A DNA stretch of 27,467 bases from an uncultured bacterium (GTDB lineage: Bacteria; SAR324; NAC60-12): positions 1 through 27,467 of the forward strand of contig CAXGMD010000048.1 of NCBI GenBank assembly GCA_964010765.1. The letters are read 5' to 3'. The notes under the pieces were generated by a model, which searched no databases, was not told the DNA's origin, and was given only the letters and a program-made list of their open reading frames with translations. A program made the translations under genes and the position numbers. The first letter of the stretch is position 1, and every line of letters begins with the position of its first letter. Shown one piece after another: positions 1 to 8,359 of this stretch.

Positions 1-21
1 CAATAAACACCAGATCTGCCT

Positions 22-1059
22 ATGAATCCTGAAAAATCCATTAAGCTCTCCGTTCAAATTCCATTATTTCTGTTGCTGAACCTGGTTCTCTACTTTCTTG
101 ATTTATGGACGAATCAGGCGCTGATGTGCCTGGTGATTGATGTCATTCTTTTTGGCAAGATCGTCAATGATGCGATGAAATTAGTCCCGGTTCGCTACAA
201 GAAGAGCTCAGAGCGATTTGTGACTCTGCTCTTTCCCATATTGCTACTCTCAATCTGGGAGATATTTTCTAGTACTGGAAAGATCAACCCAACTTGGTTT
301 CCAGAACCCACTAAGATCCTTGCCTCTTTGTGGGAACTGATCACGGTTCCGGAAAAGTTCAGCGAGACCACCCTGTTGGGTCGTCCATGGATGATCCTGG
401 AACGTTTTCAAGAGCAGGGTCTTGAAGGAGTCTGGAAATTGATCGAAGAAGGCCATGTCTGGGCAACTTTGTATCGAGTGGTCATGGGTTTTGTGATTGG
501 CCTAGTCCCAGCGATTTTTTGTGGCTTCCTGATGGGGATGAACAAGACGATCCGTCTGATGTTTGACAGCATCCTTTCAGCAATCTATGTACTTCCAAAA
601 ATCGCAATTTTTCCCATTGTGATGCTGGTCTTTGCCGATCCTTTTGGGGATGCGCCACGGATTGCCGTGGTTGCTCTTTCCGTCTTTTTCATGATGACCA
701 TTCACACGATGGGTGCAGTCCAAAATGTTGAAGGAATTTATATTCTGGCAGGCCGCAATTATGGAGCGCATGGACTGAAACTCTTCTTCAAGGTTATCCT
801 GCCAGGCTCCTTGCCATCGATTTTTTCAGGGATGAGAGTTGCTCTTGGGATGGCCCTCATCGTGATCATTGCAGTCGAATTTCTTCGAGCCGAGAAGGGG
901 GTTGGCTACCTGATCTACTACAACTGGGAGATCCTGGCGCCAGAGAAGATGTATGCTGGTTTGATCACAGTCATGCTGATCGGCATCCTGACAACCCTGG
1001 TCTTGAAACTGCTGCAGTATCTGGCTCTTCCCTGGAAACGCCACTCTCTCTTCAAATGA
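22..1059 (+). CDS. ABC transporter permease, SsuC/TauC (nitrate/sulfonate/bicarbonate) family
   Basis: Multiple hydrophobic helices; family-typical segments LLLSIWE...FPEPTKIL, TLYRVVMGF, LPKIAIFP, EAA-like loop YILAGRNYGA...VILPGSLPSIFSGMR, and VEFLRAEKGVGY. Confidence 0.88.
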   Translation: MNPEKSIKLSVQIPLFLLLNLVLYFLDLWTNQALMCLVIDVILFGKIVNDAMKLVPVRYKKSSERFVTLLFPILLLSIWEIFSSTGKINPTWFPEPTKILASLWELITVPEKFSETTLLGRPWMILERFQEQGLEGVWKLIEEGHVWATLYRVVMGFVIGLVPAIFCGFLMGMNKTIRLMFDSILSAIYVLPKIAIFPIVMLVFADPFGDAPRIAVVALSVFFMMTIHTMGAVQNVEGIYILAGRNYGAHGLKLFFKVILPGSLPSIFSGMRVALGMALIVIIAVEFLRAEKGVGYLIYYNWEILAPEKMYAGLITVMLIGILTTLVLKLLQYLALPWKRHSLFK

Positions 1060-1092
1060 CTGGTTCCTCCAATTTTCCCCAGAGAGGCTTCG

Positions 1093-2346
1093 ATGGAATC
1101 CTTTGACGTCATTGTTTGTGGGGGAGGTGCTGCAGGGGTTGCTGCTGCTGTTGGAGCAGCCCAATCTGGGGCTCGGGTGGCCCTGCTGGAACGCTACGGC
1201 TTCTTGGGTGGAGCCGCGACCAATTCGCAGGTGTTGTCTTACTGTGGTTTCTATCAATGCGACGTACGAGGAGATCGTGCTATCGGGGGTGTTGGTTACC
1301 AGGTGCTGTTGGAACTGGCAAAACTGGGGGAAGAGATACAACCACGCCGCTCCGAATTAACTGGGAACCGTATCATCTTACTGGATCCTGAGAAGCTGAA
1401 ATATGCCCTCGATCAACTCGTGCTTTCCCATCGAGTAGAACTCTTTCTTCACACCACTTTGGTAGATGTGAAAAAGCAGGGGGATCATCTTGAGGCGATT
1501 GACCTGGTAGGTCTATTTCAGCAAAGATCACTCTCGGGAATGGCCTTTGTCGATGCGACCGGCAATGGCCAGCTTGCCAGATTCGCAGGCCTCCCTTGCA
1601 GCCTAAATATGCAGGAACAGCCCCTCCAGTCCATGTCACTTCCCATTCGACTGGGAGGTCTTGCCAAGGATCTGACGATTGATCGAGAGGCCATCAAAGT
1701 GGCTGTGGAGTTATACAATCGGCAGGCAGTTTATCAGATCCCCCGTCAGGATGGTGGAGTCTTTGTGAAGGTACCTAATTCCAATGACTGGCTCTGGATG
1801 ATTGTCGATCTTGGACTAGATGATGTTCAGGAAGAGTTCGTCACAAAGGGGGAGTGGATGGGACGCAAGATCGCACATGACTGCGTGGAAGTTCTACGTG
1901 CTGAAGTAGGGGGATTTGAGAACTGCCACATCGTGAATACTGGACCACAAATTGGCATTCGAGAAGCCTGGCGTCCTGAAGCTCAGTACCAACTCAAGCG
2001 AGAAGATTTGGCGAGTGGCAGAAAATTTGATTCTGGGATCGCTCGTGCCGCCTGGCCGATGGAAGATCACTCCAAGCCGGGGAAGCCGTCTTATCATCCG
2101 ATCGGGGGGGCCGGCTATGGTTTAATCCCCCTAGAGTCACTCTGTACAAAGATTTCTAATCTTTGGTTGGCCGGCCGTACCATTGGCGCGGATGCGGCTG
2201 CCTATGGTTCTATTCGGGTAATGGGAACATCCTTCGCCACGGGACAAGCTGCCGGTGTGGCTGCAGCGCTCTTCGCGCAACAAGATGAACCCCCTCAGTC
2301 ACACCAGGTGATTGAAGATCTCAAAGCTCAGGATGCCTTGGTCTGA
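1093..2346 (+). CDS. FAD-dependent oxidoreductase (FAD_oxidored type), substrate unknown
   Basis: N-terminal dinucleotide-binding motif DVIVCGGGAAGVAAA...LLER...LGG; FVDATGNG; GIRE; C-terminal NLWLAGRTI...SIRVM...GQAAG. Purine-rich RBS AGAGAGG at 1081-1087. Confidence 0.88.
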   Translation: MESFDVIVCGGGAAGVAAAVGAAQSGARVALLERYGFLGGAATNSQVLSYCGFYQCDVRGDRAIGGVGYQVLLELAKLGEEIQPRRSELTGNRIILLDPEKLKYALDQLVLSHRVELFLHTTLVDVKKQGDHLEAIDLVGLFQQRSLSGMAFVDATGNGQLARFAGLPCSLNMQEQPLQSMSLPIRLGGLAKDLTIDREAIKVAVELYNRQAVYQIPRQDGGVFVKVPNSNDWLWMIVDLGLDDVQEEFVTKGEWMGRKIAHDCVEVLRAEVGGFENCHIVNTGPQIGIREAWRPEAQYQLKREDLASGRKFDSGIARAAWPMEDHSKPGKPSYHPIGGAGYGLIPLESLCTKISNLWLAGRTIGADAAAYGSIRVMGTSFATGQAAGVAAALFAQQDEPPQSHQVIEDLKAQDALV

Positions 2347-2348
2347 GA

Positions 2349-3221
2349 TCAACTTTTTGGTTTGGATGATTTGATGAAGGGATAAATGCGGAACTGATCC
2401 TGAGTTCGGTCTTCTGCAACAAAGTCGGCAACCCGTTCCAAAGCCTTGGCAATCACCGTGTTGTCGGTTCCCTGCCGCAAGGCATCTTGAACGAACAGCC
2501 TAAGGTCTTTTTCAATGATGTGAGCCTCACAGCCAGAGTTGAATTTTCCGGAAGCTACAAATTTCGGAAAGGTCTGGCTTGTCGCAAAACTCTGTCCAGA
2601 ACTTGCGTTGATCACCGCCAGCATCGTTTCCAGTTGTAAGCCACCAGATTCTCCGTAGGCCAGGGCCTCGCTAGTCGTCACATAAGAGGAAATGCAAAGC
2701 GCATTGTTGATCATTTTCATCTGCTGCCCTTGTCCGGCTTCCTCTCCCACGACAAAGACGTTTGCTGAATAACACTCGATCAGTGGGCGAACTTGGTCAA
2801 TTTGGTTCCCAGGTCCAGATACCATACTCGTGAGAGTTCCTTCAACAGCTCTAAACCGTAGACCCGAAACAGGACTGTCCACATAGCCAAGACCTGCTTT
2901 GGTCAGCACTTGAGCATTCTTGGCAGCAGCAGCAGGTCCAATGGTGCAGGTATCCACGATCACACACTCATCGGTCTGCATTTCCGCAATTTCTTGAACA
3001 ACGAGCTGGTTTACTTCCACGGTAGGTAGCGATAAAGCTATGACTTGGGCACGCTCCACCACCTCTGCATTAGATGAAGCAATCAAGCTGTTCTCAGGAG
3101 CTCTTTCAATGGTTCCAGCGATATCATGAACCAGTAGGCGGTAGCCTTTACGAGCAATGTGTTGCGCCATGGGTTGCCCCATGTTTCCCAAACCAATAAA
3201 GCCGAAGAGTTTGTCTTTCAT
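2349..3221 (-). CDS. NAD(P)-dependent beta-hydroxyacid dehydrogenase (3-hydroxyisobutyrate dehydrogenase/GarR family)
   Basis: GFIGLGNMGQPMA Rossmann motif, VDTCTI, DSPVSG, catalytic-Lys segment GQGQQMKMINN, and KDL. Confidence 0.9.
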   Translation of the reverse strand: MKDKLFGFIGLGNMGQPMAQHIARKGYRLLVHDIAGTIERAPENSLIASSNAEVVERAQVIALSLPTVEVNQLVVQEIAEMQTDECVIVDTCTIGPAAAAKNAQVLTKAGLGYVDSPVSGLRFRAVEGTLTSMVSGPGNQIDQVRPLIECYSANVFVVGEEAGQGQQMKMINNALCISSYVTTSEALAYGESGGLQLETMLAVINASSGQSFATSQTFPKFVASGKFNSGCEAHIIEKDLRLFVQDALRQGTDNTVIAKALERVADFVAEDRTQDQFRIYPFIKSSKPKS

Positions 3222-3320
3222 CGAGATTACAATTTAAAAAGGGAATTTTTTAGTGCCCGCATTCAATTGAGCCAGATAATCGCTGATACCAGGTGGTTGC
3301 TACTCAGAAAAGAATAGGTC

Positions 3321-4103
3321 CTAGTCGTGTGAAATCTTACTCAAAAACTGAAAGAGTTGGGGTTGAACTGAACCGGTGTTGACAAAACCACCAATGTGAT
3401 CACCTTCAACTGAAAAAAATTCCCAACCATGTTGCTTTGCTAACGATTTGCCTTTCTCAAAAATAACAGGTTCCTCCTCGCCTACCCACAAAAGTACAGG
3501 CACGTTTAGATTGGCGACCGCCGTCTCCAAACCCTCAACTTCCTCCATCTTATCCCAGATGTTTCTGATAGCCGGCAAATGATCCTTGGGAAACTGCTCC
3601 AGGAAATTGTCATCAAAGATTTCTTGGGCTTTATCAAAAGTAAGTTTGCCAACATCCTGCCTCTTAATTTCTTCGGCAGTTCCTACTCCAGGGCAGTGTC
3701 CACCAAGCATCAAACTCTTTATTCGATGAGGATAAAATTTTGCCACACAGCAACCTAATAACCCCCCCATGGAATAACCAATAAAATGGGCTTTTTCGAT
3801 TTTTTCGGCATCCATTACAGAAATAAAATCGAGAGCGAGTAGTCTACGATCATAGTTTTCAGCTTCCTCGGGTTTGGAACTTTCTCCATGTGAAAGACAA
3901 TCAACAGATAGGCAGCGATAGCCCTTGTTGATAAAGAATTCAATGTAAGTTGTCCCCTTGTTAGCCTCAGGTGAATTCCAGTCCTCCTTCTTGCTTGTCA
4001 AACCATGCAGGAAGACTATTGTTTCATTCCCGTTTGGACCATATTGTTTATAGGCAATTTGTTGATCACGATTTTTAGTAAAGTATGTTTTTGAGTCTAA
4101 CAT
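3321..4103 (-). CDS. Alpha/beta fold hydrolase
   Basis: VFLHG oxyanion segment, D...HGES, nucleophile elbow GYSMGG, PVLLWVGEEE and C-terminal His in GDH. Confidence 0.9.
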   Translation of the reverse strand: MLDSKTYFTKNRDQQIAYKQYGPNGNETIVFLHGLTSKKEDWNSPEANKGTTYIEFFINKGYRCLSVDCLSHGESSKPEEAENYDRRLLALDFISVMDAEKIEKAHFIGYSMGGLLGCCVAKFYPHRIKSLMLGGHCPGVGTAEEIKRQDVGKLTFDKAQEIFDDNFLEQFPKDHLPAIRNIWDKMEEVEGLETAVANLNVPVLLWVGEEEPVIFEKGKSLAKQHGWEFFSVEGDHIGGFVNTGSVQPQLFQFLSKISHD

Positions 4104-4200
4104 TTGACTATCTACCGCTTTTAGAGTCTAGATTTAGAAAAAACTTCTATGGGTCTGCAAAAGCTGGTGGCTGATTTAATTACTTTTTCAACGTTTTTCT

Positions 4201-4848
4201 TTGACAATCATTAAAAACATTCAGGAAATCATTCCTCTGACGATCCAGGGAGAGGGATACCACGCAGGAAGAAGTTGTTCCTTTATTCGACTCTTCGGTT
4301 GCCCGGTTGGTTGCTGGTTTTGCGATACAGGCTATGCTCCAGGAAACCGTGAGGATTTGAACAAACTCCCTCGATTCTCAATAGACTATGAATCCCTACG
4401 AGAACAATTGCAAAGTCGCTATGTTGTCATCAGTGGTGGGGAACCGCTCTACCATCAGGATTTTGAGGAATTGCTTGAGAGATTGGTGGGAGACGACCTC
4501 GAAGTGGCGGTTGAAACGAGCGGTGCAAAGGCCTTCCCTTTTGAAAAGTTTCCCCAGGTTTGGGTAACGTTCAGCCCAAAATTTCATGCAACAGATTATC
4601 TGAAAGAACAGCAGAACCAAACTTTCTGGACACATTCTAGGGAAATTAAGGTGGTGATCAGTGATGCCAATGATTTGGAAGTTTACGAGCAGTTACTAGA
4701 TCAAGCAACCCAACGTGGAATTTCGATCTATCTCCAACCAGAATGGTCTAAAAAACTAGAAGCTATCCCCCTGATTCTAAAGATTCTGCAACAAAAGCCA
4801 GATTGGAAAATTTCTGTTCAACTCCACAAATATCTCCAGTTGCCCTGA
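4201..4848 (+). CDS. queE: 7-carboxy-7-deazaguanine synthase (radical SAM)
   Basis: TIQGEGYHAG, FIRLFGCPVGCWFCDT (CX3CX2C), SGGEP, VETSG, SPK, YLQP and C-terminal SVQLHKYL. TTG start with no clear RBS, so the start is less certain. Confidence 0.92.
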   Translation: MTIIKNIQEIIPLTIQGEGYHAGRSCSFIRLFGCPVGCWFCDTGYAPGNREDLNKLPRFSIDYESLREQLQSRYVVISGGEPLYHQDFEELLERLVGDDLEVAVETSGAKAFPFEKFPQVWVTFSPKFHATDYLKEQQNQTFWTHSREIKVVISDANDLEVYEQLLDQATQRGISIYLQPEWSKKLEAIPLILKILQQKPDWKISVQLHKYLQLP

Positions 4849-4901
4849 ATTGCCTCATTCATTCGTTTGATTCATCTCAGCTTTATCACTAGCTCCCAGG
4901 A

Positions 4902-5462
4902 TTAGCGGAGTGGTTGGATGTTCAGTTGATCCCCGAATGATTCGATCTCGAAAGCTTGAGCTGTACCCGGGAAGCAATTCTCAACCTTTTTGGTTGCAGC
5001 CTTGTTCAATTCGTTCACCAGAGCACCAATCGGATCTCGATGTGAAACCGCTATTAGATTCCTTCCAGCATGCTTCATTCGGATCTCTTCAAACCAACTC
5101 ATCATCCGGCTCAGTACCATCGTTGGCGACTCGATGCCGTATTTCTCCGAGGAATCACTGAAATAATCTTTGGGTAGTTTGGTGAAAGGCTCTCCTTGAA
5201 AACTTCCCACATCTGTCTCTGTGATCCTTGGTTCCACTTCGATAGTTGACGGAACAATGGAGGAGATGATTTCAGCACTTTGGCGAGTCCGATCCATTGG
5301 TGAAGCATAAATCAGTTTAAATGGCACATTCTCCCGCAGCGTTTCAGCTGTGTTTTTGATGTCCTGGCAGCCTTTGTCACTGAGAAAGTAACCAGGGATT
5401 TTGCCATAGATGATTTGCCTTGGGTTGAAAACCTCTCCATGTCGGACTAAGAAAAGTTTCAT
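4902..5462 (-). CDS. Histidine phosphatase (phosphoglycerate mutase-like) family protein
   Basis: LVRHGE, YASPMDRTRQSA, E.DVG.FQG, and VSHRD second His motif. Confidence 0.9.
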   Translation of the reverse strand: MKLFLVRHGEVFNPRQIIYGKIPGYFLSDKGCQDIKNTAETLRENVPFKLIYASPMDRTRQSAEIISSIVPSTIEVEPRITETDVGSFQGEPFTKLPKDYFSDSSEKYGIESPTMVLSRMMSWFEEIRMKHAGRNLIAVSHRDPIGALVNELNKAATKKVENCFPGTAQAFEIESFGDQLNIQPLR

Positions 5463-5775
5463 CGATTTTGCCGTTGGAATTTTGGAAAGAATAGTGGTTT
5501 TGCTGAGTTGAGATTTGACATGCGAAGAGTGCCCGATTGCACAAACAGAGTCTGAACAAAGATCATCACGTTTAAATCAGCTTCGGTCGGGATGAGCGTT
5601 GGCAAAAGCTGATAACTTTACAAGATTTCCTTCGATTCTGCAGAGTTTCGGGAGAGGAATATTCTTCTAATCTAGAACGTTTGTTAAAGCAAAGGACCGA
5701 GATCTAAGCTTTCCGCATATTGAGGTTAGTTAATGAGAATCTTCTATTTTGACTTATCGGGAGGGAACAGGGAGT

Positions 5776-6072
5776 TTACATCCGTTTTTCGTATTGCTTC
5801 AAGCGTTGTGAAAAACCAGAACTATGGCCACAGGCAGGTCCATGGGAATGAGTGACTGCTGCTCCATGGGTCTGTGGCTGAGACCTGGGCAAGCGCTTGT
5901 GTAGTTCCTGACGACTCTCAAGCCCGGGTAGTTTGGTGCCAAAATTGGAAACCACCCTTTGCAGTGAAGTCTTTCCACAATTTGGGCAACTTTGTGGATT
6001 GGGCTCATGGATTTTTTGCAGCACCTCGCATTCCTCTCCACAGTGTGCACAAGCATATTCATAAAGTGGCAT
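5776..6072 (-). CDS. FmdB family zinc-ribbon protein
   Basis: MPLYEYACAHCG...CPNCG (two CxxC pairs), LQRVVS, and His/Cys tail THSHGPACG. Confidence 0.88.
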   Translation of the reverse strand: MPLYEYACAHCGEECEVLQKIHEPNPQSCPNCGKTSLQRVVSNFGTKLPGLESRQELHKRLPRSQPQTHGAAVTHSHGPACGHSSGFSQRLKQYEKRM

Positions 6073-6241
6073 CTGGATCCTTGGTAGGAGAATTTAAACT
6101 TGGTGTGTCCACTTCAGAGTTCAATTCATCAAGTTCTGCTTTCAGGTCTTGTTGATTCTTTTGGCGATTGTAGTTGCGTTCTGAATCTTTTACTTTCTCT
6201 CTCCAACGGGTGAAGGGGAGAGTTGTGTTTTCCTTGCCCAT
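6059..6241 (-). CDS. Hypothetical 60-aa hydrophilic protein
   Basis: Strong SD directly upstream on the minus strand (AAGGAGAATTC-ATG); its 3' end overlaps the FmdB start by 14 nt, consistent with an operon. Confidence 0.65.
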   Translation of the reverse strand: MGKENTTLPFTRWREKVKDSERNYNRQKNQQDLKAELDELNSEVDTPSLNSPTKDPDATL

Positions 6242-6273
6242 GAATTCTCCTTGAAAACTCAGAATGGCTGGTG

Positions 6274-6455
6274 ATGCATTGGTCTGTCTGCTTCCCTGTA
6301 CTCATTTTGGTTGGTACCGGTTGGTGGACTTGACAGGCCTATCTCAGTGATCCACCTTGGTATGCCTATCCAATCGCTGCTGGGATTGCCCTGCGCTGCC
6401 TGATTTGGCTTTGGCAATGTCGCAAGCAGCCCCTCCGCAAATCAAACGTTTGTAG
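6274..6455 (+). pseudogene. Cryptic small membrane-protein reading frame interrupted by TGA at 6331-6333
   Basis: Manual translation MHWSVCFPVLILVGTGWWT*QAYLSDPPWYAYPIAAGIALRCLIWLWQCRKQPLRK gives two hydrophobic segments and a basic tail. The 3' boundary is approximate because the frame runs on into the antisense of cca. Confidence 0.35.
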
Positions 6456-6463
6456 TTACCGAA

Positions 6464-7831
6464 TCAGGAGCTCAGGCGTTGATTGGCCCAAGCTTTGGCT
6501 CCGTCAAAATCAACGATGGCTCCGTCCAACTGTAGCGCAAAGGCTTCTTCAAGTACTTTCCCCATTTGGGGACCTGGTCGCATACCTAGCTGGAGAAGGT
6601 GCCGACCCTTTAAAAGAGGTTTGGGTTTCTCATCACGTACATCAAGCTTAGATGCCTGATCAAGGAGCCATTGCTTGGCTGGAAATTCGCGACGTAAGGC
6701 GTCTTCAGTAGTCCTGCCAAAATGATCAGCTTCCGCTACCAGTAATAATTCTGGAATCGAAACTCGTAGAGCCAGTCTTCGAATCGCACCGGGGGTTACC
6801 TTTTCACGGTCGTTGTAGAGCATCGACGGTCGGAGATGTTCTCTCACTAAAACTGTCACTTTTTCAATCAGAGAGGCTTCATCCGTCAACCTTCTCAAAA
6901 ATTTCTCGGTGGGCTGCATTCCCATAACATCATGAGCAGGACTGCGCCAGTGCCCGTCTTTCCAGATTGTCGTTTCAGGCTTACCAAAGTCATGACAGAG
7001 AGCTCCAAACATCAAAACGAGGTCATTTTTTTCCTCACCAACGCGAAGTTTAGCAGCCTCATCCACTACCATCAGCGTGTGGGTCCAGACACATCCTTCA
7101 GGATGCCAGGTCGGATCTTGCGGCACACCAATCAGGGCTTCCAACTCTGGAAAGAAACGCAAGGCTTTGGTCTGTCGAAGGATTTCCAGCCCAAAGGACG
7201 GTCGTTCTGCACGAAGTAGTAGTTTCGCGAACTCACCCAGCAACCTCTCACGGGACAATTCATTCAAATCCAGAGTCTGGCATAGTTCAATCGTCTCTGG
7301 GGCCATCTGAAAATTTAAACGAGCTGCAAACTGGGCTCCTCGTAGCACCCGCAAGGGATCCTCAGCGAATGCGGGTCCAACATGGCGCAGAATCCCCTTC
7401 TTCAAATCTTCCTGACCACGATGTGGATCTAACCATTGCTGTCGAATTGGGTCGAAGCCGATGCTGTTGACGGTAAAATCTCTGCGAGCCGAAGCCTCTT
7501 CAAAAGTCATTTGAGGATCAGCATTGACCAAAAATCCCTTATGCCCTTTACCGGATTTACTTTCACGTCTGGGAAGGCTGACATCATACTCTGCATGCTT
7601 GGTGATCAGCTTGAGCACTCCAAAGCTTTTACCAACTCGAAGTACCTTGCCGAATTGGGACAACACTCCTTCAAGTTCATTCGCTTCGAGACAGTAGACC
7701 TCCAAATCCAAATCTTTAGGAAGCCGTTGTCCAAGCAAATAGTCCCTGACGCTCCCTCCAACAAGGATCGGTTGTCCACCTTGTTGATGAATGGCGTTGG
7801 CTAGTTTTGTAAGTTCAAATGATAATTGCAT
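6464..7831 (-). CDS. cca: CCA tRNA nucleotidyltransferase (class II) with HD domain
   Basis: VGGSVRD...DLDLEV, intact flexible loop PRRESKSGKGHKGF, RRDFTVN, templating EDPLR, ERLLGE, HD domain HPEG...HT...LCHDFGK. Confidence 0.9.
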   Translation of the reverse strand: MQLSFELTKLANAIHQQGGQPILVGGSVRDYLLGQRLPKDLDLEVYCLEANELEGVLSQFGKVLRVGKSFGVLKLITKHAEYDVSLPRRESKSGKGHKGFLVNADPQMTFEEASARRDFTVNSIGFDPIRQQWLDPHRGQEDLKKGILRHVGPAFAEDPLRVLRGAQFAARLNFQMAPETIELCQTLDLNELSRERLLGEFAKLLLRAERPSFGLEILRQTKALRFFPELEALIGVPQDPTWHPEGCVWTHTLMVVDEAAKLRVGEEKNDLVLMFGALCHDFGKPETTIWKDGHWRSPAHDVMGMQPTEKFLRRLTDEASLIEKVTVLVREHLRPSMLYNDREKVTPGAIRRLALRVSIPELLLVAEADHFGRTTEDALRREFPAKQWLLDQASKLDVRDEKPKPLLKGRHLLQLGMRPGPQMGKVLEEAFALQLDGAIVDFDGAKAWANQRLSS

Positions 7832-7931
7832 GAATTCAGTTCAGCAGACACTTCGAGTTTAGGAAAGCACTGTTGTAGCTGAAAGAATGTAGCTAGGCTG
7901 GAGTGAGGATGCAAGCAAGGGAAGTGAAAAC

Positions 7932-7972
7932 AAAAAAAGCGCAGCAGATTCTCTTGGGAATCTACCACGCTT
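7932..7972 (-). terminator. Intrinsic terminator of the phasin-like gene
   Basis: Minus strand reads AAGCG-TGGT-AGATTC-ccaaga-GAATCT-GCTG-CGC followed by T7; the G-U pairs form only on this strand; about 30 nt after the stop at 8003. Confidence 0.75.
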
Positions 7973-8002
7973 CTTGCGAGGTCGTCAGTCGAAATGCGAA
8001 AA

Positions 8003-8305
8003 TTAGCTGGCTTTTGGCATTGCGGAGACCACCGTGTTCTCAAAGTTGGTCACAGCTTCGTCGGTCATCGCTTTCATTTGAGAAGAAGCGGTGCGCATTG
8101 CGGAGTAGCTCATGTCCAGCATTTGTGTCTGAGCTTCTTGCATTGGCTGTACGAAAGAATTCCAGCCTTCTACATCGGCAACAGCTTTAAAGCTCAAAGC
8201 GATGAATTGCTTCTGGGAGTCTTCCATAAGCGCAACACTCTTCATACTATGATCGTACAAATTGTTGTAGACTTCTTTAGCAACATTGTTGAATTCTGCG
8301 AACAT
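8003..8305 (-). CDS. Small alpha-helical, Met-rich protein, phasin (PHA granule protein)-like
   Basis: Start reassigned to ATG 8305 because of SD AAGGAGAAATC-ATG; 100 aa, amphipathic-looking, 10 Met, no Cys. The CDS is well supported; the phasin label is inference. Confidence 0.6.
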   Translation of the reverse strand: MFAEFNNVAKEVYNNLYDHSMKSVALMEDSQKQFIALSFKAVADVEGWNSFVQPMQEAQTQMLDMSYSAMRTASSQMKAMTDEAVTNFENTVVSAMPKAS

Positions 8306-8359
8306 GATTTCTCCTTGGTTGAGAAGTTCATATATAGGAGTTAACAAACGATATTTACA

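Noticed and set aside
826..1341. 171-aa antisense ORF and the many other 60-130 aa overlapping ORFs in the track
   Set aside because: They are shadows of well-supported genes, with no motifs or SD support.
4201..4848. Lone queE as a sign of a 7-deazaguanine DNA-modification (dpd) island
   Set aside because: No dpdA/tgt-like, queC, queD or folE gene is nearby; scattered que genes are common for ordinary tRNA queuosine synthesis.
5459..5566. 35-aa minus-strand ORF (MIFVQTLFVQSG...) ending in an ATGA overlap with the histidine phosphatase
   Set aside because: No recognisable SD or motif; a short ORF like this can arise by chance.
6464..7831. Possibility of a split CC-adding/A-adding enzyme or poly(A) polymerase
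   Set aside because: The flexible loop and EDPLR motif are intact and an HD domain is present, fitting a full CCA-adding enzyme.
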